Shown: positions 29,464 to 39,798, numbered from the stretch's first letter. The stretch: DNA of 64,000 bases from an uncultured delta proteobacterium (GCA_963790475.1 CAWBOS010000006.1:576001-640000); one strand, 5' to 3'. Notes: generated from the letters alone by a model not told the origin. Program-made: numbers and translations.

Positions 29464-29982
29464 TTAGGTAGCTTCACTCTGGTTTTTTAGTTTCTTCTGG
29501 ACCCTCTTTTTGTAAAGGGCCCGCTTCAGGGCGCTGATGCGATCAATGAAAAGGATTCCATCCAGGTGATCGATCTCATGCTGCAAAACCGTGGCCAGGA
29601 CACCTTCCCCGCAAATCTCCACCGGTTGTCCCTTGGCATCCAACCCGCGGACCTTAACCTTGGCCTTTCTTTTGACCTCTGAAAAATACTCCGGTACGCT
29701 TAAGCAGCCTTCTTCTAATATCTGCTCTCCCTCGGACTCAATAATTTCAGGATTAATCAGAAAGGAGGGATTTCGGCCCTCTTCCCTGGGTGTAACATCA
29801 AAGACGATGATCCGTATCGTTTTTCCTACTTGGGTGGCGGCCAGACCGATACCGGGGGCTTGATACATGGTCTCGATCATATCTTCGATCAGCTTATGTA
29901 ACGAGGGGTCTATATCCTGTACAGGTTCTGCTTTTAGTTGAAGGTTTGGATCAGGGTATTTGCAAATTTCAAGAACAGCCAT
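29464..29982 (-). CDS. def: Peptide deformylase
   Basis: GIGLAATQ, EGCLS, QHEIDHLDG. Confidence 0.97.
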   Translation of the reverse strand: MAVLEICKYPDPNLQLKAEPVQDIDPSLHKLIEDMIETMYQAPGIGLAATQVGKTIRIIVFDVTPREEGRNPSFLINPEIIESEGEQILEEGCLSVPEYFSEVKRKAKVKVRGLDAKGQPVEICGEGVLATVLQHEIDHLDGILFIDRISALKRALYKKRVQKKLKNQSEAT

Positions 29983-30044
29983 CTGAAAACTTTCTAAAAA
30001 ATAAGAATTTTATCGGCCTCTGGCCTCGTGCCTATCGACCATCT

Positions 30045-32460
30045 TTATAACATATCCACCGGATCAACATCCAGGATAATTTGAACTCCCGTGCCCTTTA
30101 ACAGCACCCTTTCCGCTTCCCGGATCAAGGTAGCCGCCTGATGCAATATCCGGTTGTTTTCTCCTTTTAACAAAACCTGCCAGCGATATCGTCCTTTGAT
30201 CTTGGCGATCGGGGCCGGAACCGGCCCTAATAATTCCAATGAGGAGTTCCAATTATTTTTCTGGGCTTCTTTTCTTAACAACCGGCTTGTTTTTTCTATT
30301 ATCTCAATTACTTCTGTTTCCTGGTTTCCCTGAAAAAGGCAATTGATCAGTCGGGAGAAAGGCGGGTATTTCAAGGACCGTCGAAATCGGATTTCCTGGT
30401 TATAAAACCCCAAATAATCATGCTGACCGACGTATTTAAAAATATAATGATCAGGATTAAAGGTTTGAAGATAAACTTGGCCCGGGTGGATTCCACGGCC
30501 GGCCCGACCGGCCACTTGGGCCAGGAGTTGAAAGGTTCTTTCTCCGGCCCGAAAATCAGGCCAGTTCAGCGAAAGGTCGGCACACAGCACCCCGATCAGG
30601 GTTACCTGGGGGAAATCATGGCCCTTAGTGATCATCTGTGTCCCGATCAGGATATTGGTTGTTTGATCTTCAAATTTTTTCAGGATTTTAAAATGGGCCC
30701 CTTTTCGAGCCACCGTATCCCCGTCCATCCGGTCGATGGAGGCCTTGGGGAAAAGACCGGCCAGTTCCTTTTCCACCTTTTCCGTGCCCATGCCCAGGGC
30801 CTTGACCCCTTCCAGAAGACAGGAAGGACAACGCAACGGCATCGGCATATGGTAACCGCAGGTATGACAGAGGAGCCGGCCCTCCCGGGCGTGATAGGTC
30901 AGGGTCAGAGAGCAGTTGCGGCATTTGACGACTTCACCGCAAAGGGTGCAGAGGATCAGGGTATCAAACCCCCGGCGGTTCAGGAAAAGCAGGGTTTGCC
31001 TCCCTTGCTCCAGGTTGCGGCCAATGGCTTCTTCAAGGAGGGGAGAGAATAGAGGGATTTTTCGGCCCCGACGAACTTCTTTCATGTCGATCAGTTTTAT
31101 TTCCGGCAAGGTTTGTTCCTGGACCCGCTTGTTGATCCCCAGGTAACCGATCTTTTTATTTCTTCGCAGATAAAGGGTGGATATCGACGGGGTGGCCGAT
31201 CCCAGAACCACCACGGACGAAGCCTGCCGCCCCCGGACCAGGGCCAGATCCCGGGCATTATAACGCAGGGAGTCGCTCTGTTTATAAGAAGAATCGTGCT
31301 CCTCATCGACCACGATCAGTCCCAGAGAACCCAAAGGAGCGAAGATGGCTGATCGGGTTCCAATGACTATCGGGCATAAACCTTTCTGAATCCGTCGCCA
31401 TTGATCTAACCGTTCTCCGGGGTTCAGGCCGCTATGGAGCAGGGCGATCTTATCCCCGAAACGAAGACGAAACCGACCCTCCATCAGGGGAATCAGACCG
31501 ATTTCAGGGACCAGAATCAGAGCCTGATGCCCCTGCTCAACCGTTTCAGCCGCTGCCCGCAAATACACCTCGGTTTTTCCCGATCCGGTGACCCCATGAA
31601 GGAGCAAAGTTTGATAGGAGCCGGATTTGAGCGCTTCGCCGATCCGGGTCAAAGCCTGTTCCTGCTCCCCGGTCAAGACAAAAGGACCATTTTCTTGAAC
31701 CAGGATCTCCCCCAAGGGATCACGCCAGCAGACCTGTTCTCGGATTTCAATCAATCCTTTCCGACCCAGAGTGGTCAGGCGCTGGTTCGATAGCGGAAAA
31801 TTTATCCTGAGATTTTTTAAAGGTAAACCGGGCAACGGGGCAAGAAATTCAAAAAGGGAATGATCTTTGGTTGGAAAATTTTCCTTTTGAAAATTGACCC
31901 CCGGATAAAGCCATCTTTCTTTTTTGAGACGGGCGGTCTCCTTTTTCTCGCGGGTAATTTGCAGAATCCAGCCCCGGGCTTCAAAATATTTCAAGATCCT
32001 TTTTTCTTCCGGGGAGAACCGGGATAAGGATCGGCCTTTGGAAGCGGACAGGGTTTGAAGGATTCCTTTTTCATTTTTTGGCAAGTGGTCTTCTTGAAGG
32101 GCCGTCATTCCCTTAGCGGTAATTTCAATATTCTGATAATCGGATACCGACAAACCCGGGGGTAAGGCCGCCTTTAATACCTGCCCCAGGGAAAAAAGAT
32201 AGTAGTGGGCGATCCAGGTAAAAAAAGGCCGCATGGTCTCCGAAAAAAGGGGTTCCGGATCCAGGATCTGAGACACGGATTTGATGACCTGACCCTTCTT
32301 CCGGGTTTTGGACTTCCTCCCAGAGATAGCCGGTAACTCTCTTTTTTTTCAAGGGCACCAGAACCCGTTGGCCGATCCGGGGTTCTACGGAAAAATCAGC
32401 GGGAACCTCATAGAGAAGGGGCTGATTTAATGGCGGGACGATGGCTTTAAAGAAGGGCAT
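30045..32460 (-). CDS. priA: Primosomal protein N' with one frameshift near 32290-32310
   Basis: N-terminal GQRVLVPL..VTGY in ORF 32125-32460; helicase (GVTGSGKT, DEEH, CxxC fingers) in ORF 30045-32276; removing 1 nt joins them. Confidence 0.9.
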
Positions 32461-32881
32461 AGTTATATTTTGTATTAAGTGGAATTTTTAGCGGTTTAGT
32501 TAATTACAGGAATGACGGTGCGTTTCTTTTCCGTTTATGGACCGGCCTTAAGAAGGCTAATATTAATAAAAGGATAATAACCATAACAACCAGGGTAAGT
32601 CAATCTCAGAAGTGATATCCCCACGCAGGCCTCAACCATCGGTTAAATTCTACCCTTTTTATTTCTTGACTATCGAAGAGCCTAAAGGATGGCAGGAAAA
32701 TAATTTGTGAAGATAATATTTATCATTTATAATAGGTTACAAAGAATCTAAGGGGGTGGCAAACCTTAAGCTAATTAAAACAGAAAAGTGAAAAGGGTTG
32801 CTTTCCCGAATTGAAGTCTTTGAATTATAGGGTTATACAGAAAAACAATAGAATAACTTGTAGGGTGAAGGAGCAACGGAG

Positions 32882-33745
32882 ATGAAACAGGCGAAGGGTC
32901 CGCAGTTCATACGCTTTTTTGAGCCCATTCTTGAGGTTCTGAGGGAAACAGGAGGCTCAGGAACCGCTGCCGAAGTTATAGACCGAGCCGTCGAAAAGAT
33001 GAAGATATCGGAGAAAGAACAGCAGGCTACCAACAAGAACGGCCAGTCTCGCGTCAAAAACCAAGTGAACTGGGCACGTCTCTACCTCGTCCACGCGGGC
33101 TACCTCGATTCCTCGAAGCGAGGTATTTGGAGCCTCACAGAAAAAGGCATGTCTTTTGACCCCCAAACATTCGACGTATTGGGTACCTTCAAACAAGTAC
33201 AAAGACACTTCAAAGATGAACAGAAGCACACGAGCCAGGCAGATGCTTTTGAAGATGAGGCGGTCGAGCCCGTGGTTGAGCCTCGCGACCATAAAGCAAC
33301 ACTGCTGAACCTCATCAAGCTACTCCCGCCGGCAGGTTTTGAAAGATTAAGCCAAAGATTACTTCGCGAATCCGGATTCCAACGGGTTGTCGTTACGGGC
33401 AGGAGCGGCGATGGTGGAATCGACGGGATGGGCATTCTCCAAGTGAATCCATTCGTCAGCTTCAATGTGCTCTTTCAATGCAAGCGCTATCAGGGCGCGG
33501 TAACGCCATCTCAAGTGCGCGACTTCCGTGGTGTCATGATGGGGCGGGCCGACAAAGGCATCATAATCACGACAGGTACCTTTACCCTCGACGCCAAAAA
33601 AGAGGCAAGACGCGACGGTGTACCCCCAATTGAACTTGTTGACGGCGAGTCACTGGTTCAAATGTTTGAGCGTCTTGAATTGGGGCTGGTTCCTCGCACC
33701 ACGTACGCAGTGGATGAGAAATTTTTTGAAGACTTCAAGAAATGA
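32882..33745 (+). CDS. mrr: Mrr-family type IV restriction endonuclease
   Basis: Mrr_N (WARLYL..GYL..RGIWSLT) plus catalytic GDGGID..QCKRY, ELVDG. Confidence 0.9.
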   Translation: MKQAKGPQFIRFFEPILEVLRETGGSGTAAEVIDRAVEKMKISEKEQQATNKNGQSRVKNQVNWARLYLVHAGYLDSSKRGIWSLTEKGMSFDPQTFDVLGTFKQVQRHFKDEQKHTSQADAFEDEAVEPVVEPRDHKATLLNLIKLLPPAGFERLSQRLLRESGFQRVVVTGRSGDGGIDGMGILQVNPFVSFNVLFQCKRYQGAVTPSQVRDFRGVMMGRADKGIIITTGTFTLDAKKEARRDGVPPIELVDGESLVQMFERLELGLVPRTTYAVDEKFFEDFKK

Positions 33746-33747
33746 CC

Positions 33748-33804
33748 ACCCAACCAATAAGGATTGAGACGATCCTGAAAGGTCGTTTCAATCCATTGTT
33801 CAAG
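33748..33804 (+). other. attC-like site 1 (downstream of mrr)
   Basis: ACCCAAC (RYYYAAC) 2 nt after the stop; GGATTGAGACGATCC / GGTCGTTTCAATCC arms; GTT at 33798; 57 bp; spacer lengths non-canonical. Confidence 0.5.
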
Positions 33805-34440
33805 AAGCCCGGAAATTATTTGATGGTCTATATAGGGTAAAGGTTCGAGGTGGGATGAACTGAGGAGTGGTTTCTGCAGTGAGTGTCAGACCAAGAAGAC
33901 CGGAAGAGGACGGGTAAGGTGGTCTAAAAAATTCCGCATCATCATTTTTTCCCCAATCAATTAAAAGGAGCCATTGGTTTTTAAGACTGAGGACATAGGA
34001 GTCCGTACCGCTTTAGTTCTATGACATATTGGGTTTAAGAAGAAGGTCTTAGGAAGACCGTTCAAGAACTGTCCAAGGTCAATTGGGGAGTAAGACCGGG
34101 GATGAAGGATACGAGGTATCGGAGGGTTGCGCCGCAGTTGGGACAGATCGGAGGAGTTGGAGAAGGGCTTTGCTGATATTCGGGCATCTTCAAGACGAAG
34201 GAATAGGCCATTTGAATGAGGGTAGATATTCTTTCGAAAGGGACCGAGCAATTGGGGTTCATGAAGCCGTAATAGCGGATTTTCATGAATCCGGTGGGCA
34301 GGACATGCTGAAGGAAACGATGGATGAATTCTATGGCATCAAGGGCCATAGTTCTTAACCGTTGGCAGGGATTTGGTCGGCGAGGCAGGCTTCTTTCATG
34401 GCCTCTTTGAACTTGGCCTGGAAGATTTTGGAGAGGGCTA
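33801..34440 (-). pseudogene. IS91-family transposase remnant with internal deletion and non-coding end
   Basis: ALSKIFQAKFKEAM (~34370-34437) joined to EFIHRFLQHVLPTGFMKIRYYG...CPNCG (34062-34349). Confidence 0.8.
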
Positions 34441-34447
34441 TTTGGCC

Positions 34448-34476
34448 TTGACTCTCATCCTACCGGAAACTATAAT
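34448..34476 (+). promoter_or_regulatory. Sigma70 promoter of the HEPN-MNT operon
   Basis: TTGACT-N17-TATAAT. Confidence 0.75.
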
Positions 34477-34485
34477 CAAAACACG

Positions 34486-34899
34486 ATGAAGGCCGCAATG
34501 AAATTCGACATACAGAAGACCGTACAATATTGGATAGAAGGGGCGGTGTATGATTTGGAAGTGGCTGAGGCCATGTTTGAAAAAGAGAAATATCCCTACG
34601 CCCTTTTCATGGGACATTTGGCGTTGGAGAAACTGCTCAAAGCCCTTGTAGTCAGAGCAACCGAAAATCATGCACCCCATACCCATTCTCTTCCGGTGCT
34701 CGCCCAAAAAACAGGCCTGAAAATGCCGCAAAAGACCTTGAGAACACTGGCAAGATTCATGGAGTTCCATCTTGAGGCACGGTATCCGAATGATCAGAAG
34801 AAGTTCTATCGAAAATGCACCAAAACTTTCACAACTCGGAATTTGCAGAAAATGAACGAGGTGTTTCTATGGTTGAAAAAGCAATACGGCAAACAATAA
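34486..34899 (+). CDS. HEPN-domain protein of an HEPN-MNT pair
   Basis: HLALEKLLKA, HTHSL, EARYP; alternative start at 34498. Confidence 0.85.
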   Translation: MKAAMKFDIQKTVQYWIEGAVYDLEVAEAMFEKEKYPYALFMGHLALEKLLKALVVRATENHAPHTHSLPVLAQKTGLKMPQKTLRTLARFMEFHLEARYPNDQKKFYRKCTKTFTTRNLQKMNEVFLWLKKQYGKQ

Positions 34900-35192
34900 A
34901 CGCCTTTGTCAAGGAATTGAAAAAGAAAAAAATAAAGGTCGCCAAAGTTATCCTCTTCGGTTCCCGCGCCTCGGGCCGGGCTCACGAATACAGCGATATA
35001 GATGTGGCGGTGGTATCACCCGATTTTGGAAAAGACCGCTACCAAGAAGGAGCGAAACTTTTTGAAATCGCCTGCGCCATTGATCCCCGCATCGAACCTG
35101 TCCCGATTTCGCTATTATCCTATAAGAACGATACCTGGATTCCGATCATATACGAGATCAGAAAAAATGGCATTGAACTGAAAGCAGCATAG
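34869..35192 (+). CDS. Minimal nucleotidyltransferase (MNT)
   Basis: ILFGSRASG...SDIDVAVV. Confidence 0.88.
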   Translation: MVEKAIRQTINAFVKELKKKKIKVAKVILFGSRASGRAHEYSDIDVAVVSPDFGKDRYQEGAKLFEIACAIDPRIEPVPISLLSYKNDTWIPIIYEIRKNGIELKAA

Positions 35193-35214
35193 TCAGCTGA
35201 TCTCTCCGTAATAA

Positions 35215-35274
35215 TTCCAACCAGCGGCCTGACACCATCCAGACTTCGCCCGGCGGGTCAGCCGCACGTTAGGC
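35215..35274 (+). other. attC site 2
   Basis: TTCCAAC-cagcg-GCCTGACA ... GGTCAGC-cgcac-GTTAGGC; extra C in L''; 60 bp. Confidence 0.7.
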
Positions 35275-35297
35275 AGCCGAAGAGAAATAAGGTCAGT

Positions 35298-35804
35298 ATG
35301 AAGCTCTCGATACAGTCTATCGTGGTCTTCGTCGGTTTCGGCGTAGCAATTGCCGCACTGGCAATCGGGGTAGGACTCTGGTTCTTCCTGAGCCATCGGA
35401 ATACTGTTGCCGTTTCGCCTCAACTCGCAGTGATTGAGTTCTCTGAGTTACGCGCGCGTTTTTCGAACCAGGAACCGCTCATCGAGATGAGCCGCCGCGA
35501 GACATCCGAGATGCCGGCCGTGTCGCACGGCGTGGCGCCACTCCACTCATTTCACACCGTCATTTTCGATACGTGCGGCGGTCATAGGATCGTCCGCATT
35601 ACAGTTCCATATTGGTTCGCGCGTCTCTTCGCTGGTCGCGACCGTCAATTCAGGTTTCTTGGCCAATTGACGTTCCTGGATGACACCGAATTCGATCCAG
35701 AGGCCATCCGTCTCTCGCTTGATCAACTCGAGCGACAAGGACCAGGCGTAGTTGCGTACTTTCAGCATCCTGGCGGCGGTCAATTCATCTCCTGGGTCGA
35801 ATAG
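35298..35804 (+). CDS. Hypothetical membrane-anchored protein, probable integron gene cassette
   Basis: 168 aa; N-terminal TM helix; CG-rich codon style unlike the host; bracketed by TTAGGCAGCCGA (35269) and TCGGCTGCCTAA (35824). Confidence 0.7.
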   Translation: MKLSIQSIVVFVGFGVAIAALAIGVGLWFFLSHRNTVAVSPQLAVIEFSELRARFSNQEPLIEMSRRETSEMPAVSHGVAPLHSFHTVIFDTCGGHRIVRITVPYWFARLFAGRDRQFRFLGQLTFLDDTEFDPEAIRLSLDQLERQGPGVVAYFQHPGGGQFISWVE

Positions 35805-35823
35805 CGCCGACCTGAAACTACGA

Positions 35824-35858
35824 TCGGCTGCCTAAACAATATGGGTCAGCCGCGCATT
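35824..35858 (+). other. Degenerate, internally deleted attC site 3
   Basis: GCCTAAAC R''-like box; GGGTCAGCCGCGCATT matches the attC2 right arm at 14/16. Confidence 0.55.
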
Positions 35859-36175
35859 CAACAAGGTCCCCCAAAAATTGCTCCCATCAAGAATTCCAGT
35901 TTGCTTTAAATCAAATCCTTGTCAATTGATTGATTTTTTCCAAGGGAAGGGTGGCGTCGATCACCTCAATCTATTCCGATGGTTCGAATGACTTGGACAA
36001 GAAAAGGTGGGCATCAAGGATAAAAAAGAAGTATGAAAAATCGTTTGGCGATATTTAACTGTCGTGATAAATATATCCAGTGATCGAAGAAGGTCGAGAA
36101 AACTGTTTTGGGCAATAACCTATGGCATTAATGGTCAGGGAAAGATCTATTTCAACAGAGCGCGAGGTGAGAAAA

Positions 36176-37099
36176 ATGAAAAGGATAATACCCGTGTTAG
36201 CAGGGTTGCTTCTTGTAATTTTCTCCTTTGGCCCCTCTTCGGCTCAGGAGGCCACACGCTATTACGAACAGGGGAGAGGTTATTTCAATCAGGGGAAATA
36301 TTATGAGGCCGTCTCCGCCCTGACCAGGGCTATTGACCTTAACCCCAAACAGGCCGAGGCCTATAACTACCGGGGCCTGGCCCGAAAAAGGCTGAATGAT
36401 GATGACGGAGCCATGGCCGATTTCTTACGGGCCATTGAAGTGGACCCCAGATTTTCCAGCCCCTATAACAACCGGGGAACCATCAAAGAAAAACGGGGTG
36501 ATCTGGACGGAGCTATGGCCGATTATAGCAGGGCCATCGACCTGAACCCAAAAAGCAGCATGGCCCATGCCAATCGCGGGTATGTTAGATTCCTGCGCAA
36601 AGATATAGACAGTGCGCTGTCTGATGTTTATCGAGCCATCGAACTGGATCCTAAGAATGATTACGCCTTTTTGGTTCGAGGGATCATCAAAGAAAAAAGG
36701 GGGGACCTGGACAATGCCTTGACCGACTACAACCGTGCCATTGAACTCAATCCCAAAAATACCAGGGCCTTCGTCAGCCGGGGACTTCTCAAGCAAAAAA
36801 GAAAAGACTTCAGAGGGGCTTTGGCTGATATCAATTGGGCCCTCGATGTGGACCCCAAAATGGTGTCCGCTTTTGTCCATCGAGGGACCTTGAAAAAGCA
36901 AAATGGGGATCTGGGCGGCGCCATCGCCGACTTGACCCGGGCTATTGAAATAGACCCCAAATCCAGGATCGCCTTTAGCAACCGGGCTTATATGAAGTTA
37001 TTGCGAGGGAACCTCGATTCAGGCTTAAAAAAGAATCTTGACCTTTACATAGAATGGAATAGACTAAATCCTCATGGAAAATGGAGAGGTTTGGGTTAG
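36176..37099 (+). CDS. Exported tetratricopeptide-repeat protein
   Basis: Signal peptide; ~8 TPRs (A..DY.RAI.L.PK); GAGGTG RBS. Confidence 0.9.
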   Translation: MKRIIPVLAGLLLVIFSFGPSSAQEATRYYEQGRGYFNQGKYYEAVSALTRAIDLNPKQAEAYNYRGLARKRLNDDDGAMADFLRAIEVDPRFSSPYNNRGTIKEKRGDLDGAMADYSRAIDLNPKSSMAHANRGYVRFLRKDIDSALSDVYRAIELDPKNDYAFLVRGIIKEKRGDLDNALTDYNRAIELNPKNTRAFVSRGLLKQKRKDFRGALADINWALDVDPKMVSAFVHRGTLKKQNGDLGGAIADLTRAIEIDPKSRIAFSNRAYMKLLRGNLDSGLKKNLDLYIEWNRLNPHGKWRGLG

Positions 37100-37158
37100 A
37101 TCCAAATCATTGTAAGAGGCGGATGGTGCTGTATCCTTATTGGGAAAAGGAATAGCCG

Positions 37159-38556
37159 ATGGATCGAAAAAAGAAGGATGACCTTCAGGAGAAAATCCAG
37201 TTCTACGAGAAGGTTCTGGATAATATCCATAACGGGGTGATGATTACCGACACGAATGGCAAAATCATTTTTTTCAGCAAAACCTACGGGAAATTTCTCG
37301 GCATTGATCCCGGGCAGGTCATTGGAAAGCATTGCCTGGAGGTAGTGGAAAATTCGCGGATGGATATTGTCGCCAAAACGGGAACCGCCGAAATCAACCA
37401 GGCCCATCGAATCATGGATCAGGATATGGTGGTTCAGCGCATACCCATTAAAAAAAACAGGCAGGTCATCGCGGTTTTCGGACAGGTCATGTTTAAGGAT
37501 GTCCGGGACGTCCACACCTTAGCCAGAAAGCTTAATGTTTTGGAATCGAAGGTCGAACTCTATGAAAAAGAACTGGAGAGTTTAAGATCATCAAAATATA
37601 CCATTGACAATATCATTGGAAAAAGTGAAGGGATTTCCGAGGTCAAGAAGGCCGTCCTTAAGGCAGCCATGATCAACGCCCCTGTGCTCCTTATGGGAGA
37701 AAGCGGTACCGGGAAAGAACTCTTTGCCCACGCCATTCATCATGCCAGTGAAAGGCGTCCTTATCCGTTCATTCGTTTGAACTGCGCCTCTATTCCCAAA
37801 GACTTGCTGGAAGCAGAGTTGTTCGGTTATGAAGCGGGAGCTTTTACCGGGGCAGGAAATAAGGGGAAACCCGGCAAATTTGAGCTGGCTCATCTGGGTT
37901 CGATTTTTTTAGATGAAATCAGCGATCTTCCTCTGGACATGCAGCCGAAACTTCTCCGGGTTCTGGAAGAAAAAGAAATGGAAAGGATCGGAGGCAACCG
38001 CCTGACCCGCAGTGATTTTCGTTTGATTGCGGCCACGCATGAAAACCTGGAACAATACGTGGAGCAGGAGAAATTCCGCAAAGACTTATTTTATCGCCTA
38101 AACGTTATTCCTATTCAGATCCCCCCTCTTAGGGAGAGGAAAGAAGATATCCCCTTGATCACCCTTCATCTCATTGAGCTTTTTAATAAGGAGTTGGGCA
38201 CCCATGTGTTGAAAATTACACCGGAGGTCCTGCATATCTTCCAAAGCTACAATTGGCCGGGTAATGTCCGGGAACTCGCCAACATCCTGGAGAGAATCCT
38301 TTATACCATAGACGGAGATACGATAAGGATGGAACACTTACCCATTTTTTTTCAGGGCATGATTGGAAAGGCCTCCAAAACAGGAGGTACCAGGCTTAAG
38401 AAAGTTAAGGACGACCTGGAGAAAGAAATGGTACTCCATGCTATGAAGATGTCGAAATACAACAAGAATAAGGCTGCCAAAATCTTAGGGATCCACCGGA
38501 CCGCCCTGTATAAAAAAATGAAAAAATTTGATATTCCGATTTCAATTTCTACCTAA
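37159..38556 (+). CDS. PAS-domain sigma54-dependent transcriptional activator
   Basis: GESGTGKE, GAFTGA, WPGNVREL, Fis-type HTH. Confidence 0.93.
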   Translation: MDRKKKDDLQEKIQFYEKVLDNIHNGVMITDTNGKIIFFSKTYGKFLGIDPGQVIGKHCLEVVENSRMDIVAKTGTAEINQAHRIMDQDMVVQRIPIKKNRQVIAVFGQVMFKDVRDVHTLARKLNVLESKVELYEKELESLRSSKYTIDNIIGKSEGISEVKKAVLKAAMINAPVLLMGESGTGKELFAHAIHHASERRPYPFIRLNCASIPKDLLEAELFGYEAGAFTGAGNKGKPGKFELAHLGSIFLDEISDLPLDMQPKLLRVLEEKEMERIGGNRLTRSDFRLIAATHENLEQYVEQEKFRKDLFYRLNVIPIQIPPLRERKEDIPLITLHLIELFNKELGTHVLKITPEVLHIFQSYNWPGNVRELANILERILYTIDGDTIRMEHLPIFFQGMIGKASKTGGTRLKKVKDDLEKEMVLHAMKMSKYNKNKAAKILGIHRTALYKKMKKFDIPISIST

Positions 38557-38573
38557 GATAAATTTTTTCGACA

Positions 38574-38591
38574 TGTACCAACAAGTAGACA
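38574..38591. promoter_or_regulatory. Putative enhancer (UAS) TGT-N12-ACA
   Basis: TGTACCAACAAGTAGACA just downstream of the activator gene. Confidence 0.35.
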
Positions 38592-38593
38592 CT

Positions 38594-38785
38594 TGTGTAT
38601 TTACTCTCTCGGAAGAAGGAATGGAACTCACCGAAGTAGCTCCGGGCATCGACTTGGAAAAGGACATATTGGCTTTGATGGATTTCCGGCCGGTCATTAA
38701 AAAGCCGGCGCGTTTAATGGATGGAAGGATTTTCGCCCAGGGGCCCATGGGATTGAGAGAAGAACTCCTCGCTCTTCATCCCTGA
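38594..38785 (+). pseudogene. C-terminal remnant of an acyl-CoA:acetate CoA-transferase (YdiF/Pct type)
   Basis: CVFTLSEEGMELTEVAPGIDLEKDILALMDFRP...LMDGRIF...PMGL. Confidence 0.75.
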
Positions 38786-38810
38786 AGGGTGGAGGTCTTT
38801 CTTTTGATCC

Positions 38811-39515
38811 TCAAGCCTCCTCCTTCTCTTCGCCGGATTCGGAAAAGAATCTTTTAAAGCAATCCGGACAAAGGCCGTGGCTGAATAAAGCATCGGAATG
38901 AATTTCAAGATATTCCTCGAGCTGGTTCCAGTATCCCGTATCATCCCGGATCTTTTTGCACCCGGCACAGATGGGTATCAATCCACTTAGGGTCTTTATC
39001 CTGTCAAGGGCATCCTGAAGTTTTATATTGAGCCTTTTCCTCTCCTCTTCGGTCCTTTTTAACTCGCTTATGTCCTGGAGCGTTTCGATAGCGGCCAAGA
39101 GCTTTTGGTCACGTCCGAAAACAGGGGAGGCATCAAATATGAGATATCTCTCCCTGCCGCCGACTTGAGCGTACCATCCTTCGGCATGCAGGCTATAGGG
39201 CATCAGTACGGAAGAGCCATAGACCCCGTAATGCTCCCGTAATATTTCCTCTTTCCCGTCTATAAGGATGTCGGAGAGGCAGGGGCGCTGATTCTCATAA
39301 AATGCCTTCCAGTGATTGTGAGTCCCCAGCACCTCTTCGGCCTTAAGACCGGTAAGTTCCTCGCAAGCCTTATTCCAGTGGATTATGTTATGGCTCGTGT
39401 CTATGGCAAAGATGGCCACAGCGCATTGCCGGATCATGCTCTCATAGATCTCTATCTGTTCTTCAAACGAGTTCAAAACAGATTTCTCAATGGTCTCTGT
39501 ATCCTGATGCTCCAT
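38811..39515 (-). CDS. PAS-domain protein with C-terminal Cys/His motif domain
   Basis: WNKACEELTG PAS; LSGLIPICAGCKKIRDD..YW...SHGLCPDC. Confidence 0.8.
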   Translation of the reverse strand: MEHQDTETIEKSVLNSFEEQIEIYESMIRQCAVAIFAIDTSHNIIHWNKACEELTGLKAEEVLGTHNHWKAFYENQRPCLSDILIDGKEEILREHYGVYGSSVLMPYSLHAEGWYAQVGGRERYLIFDASPVFGRDQKLLAAIETLQDISELKRTEEERKRLNIKLQDALDRIKTLSGLIPICAGCKKIRDDTGYWNQLEEYLEIHSDALFSHGLCPDCFKRFFSESGEEKEEA

Positions 39516-39769
39516 GATCTTTTCCTTTGCCTCGTTAGACCTGTTTATAACTTGTGAATCCCCGCCACACTCCCCAGGTTGAGGAGTTCTATATACTCCA
39601 AGTTTTGCTTTTCAATGACCTCGATATGGTCTGGAAGTCTCTAACTTTTTATCATGAATCTTTTGAAAGAGTCAAGAGCGGCCCCCGTTTCTCCATTCAT
39701 ATCTGACTTTCCCTTCGGCTTTTCTCATAGCCCATATCCCTTTAAAAAAAAATCAATTAAAATTTTTCC

Positions 39770-39798
39770 TTGACATAAGTAAAATTCGTCCGTATCAT
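39770..39798 (+). promoter_or_regulatory. Sigma70 promoter, likely giving a leaderless mRNA
   Basis: TTGACA-N17-TATCAT; ATG follows 6 nt after the -10 box. Confidence 0.7.

Noticed and set aside
32341-32350. A8 tract as a programmed slippage site for priA
   Set aside because: Shifting there would lose the conserved VTGY segment; the break lies further downstream
32461-32859. Possible attI or intI remnant upstream of mrr
   Set aside because: AT-rich divergent promoter region; no tyrosine-recombinase trace or convincing attI seen
36250-37000. ~102-bp periodic DNA similarity
   Set aside because: Explained by TPR coding repeats
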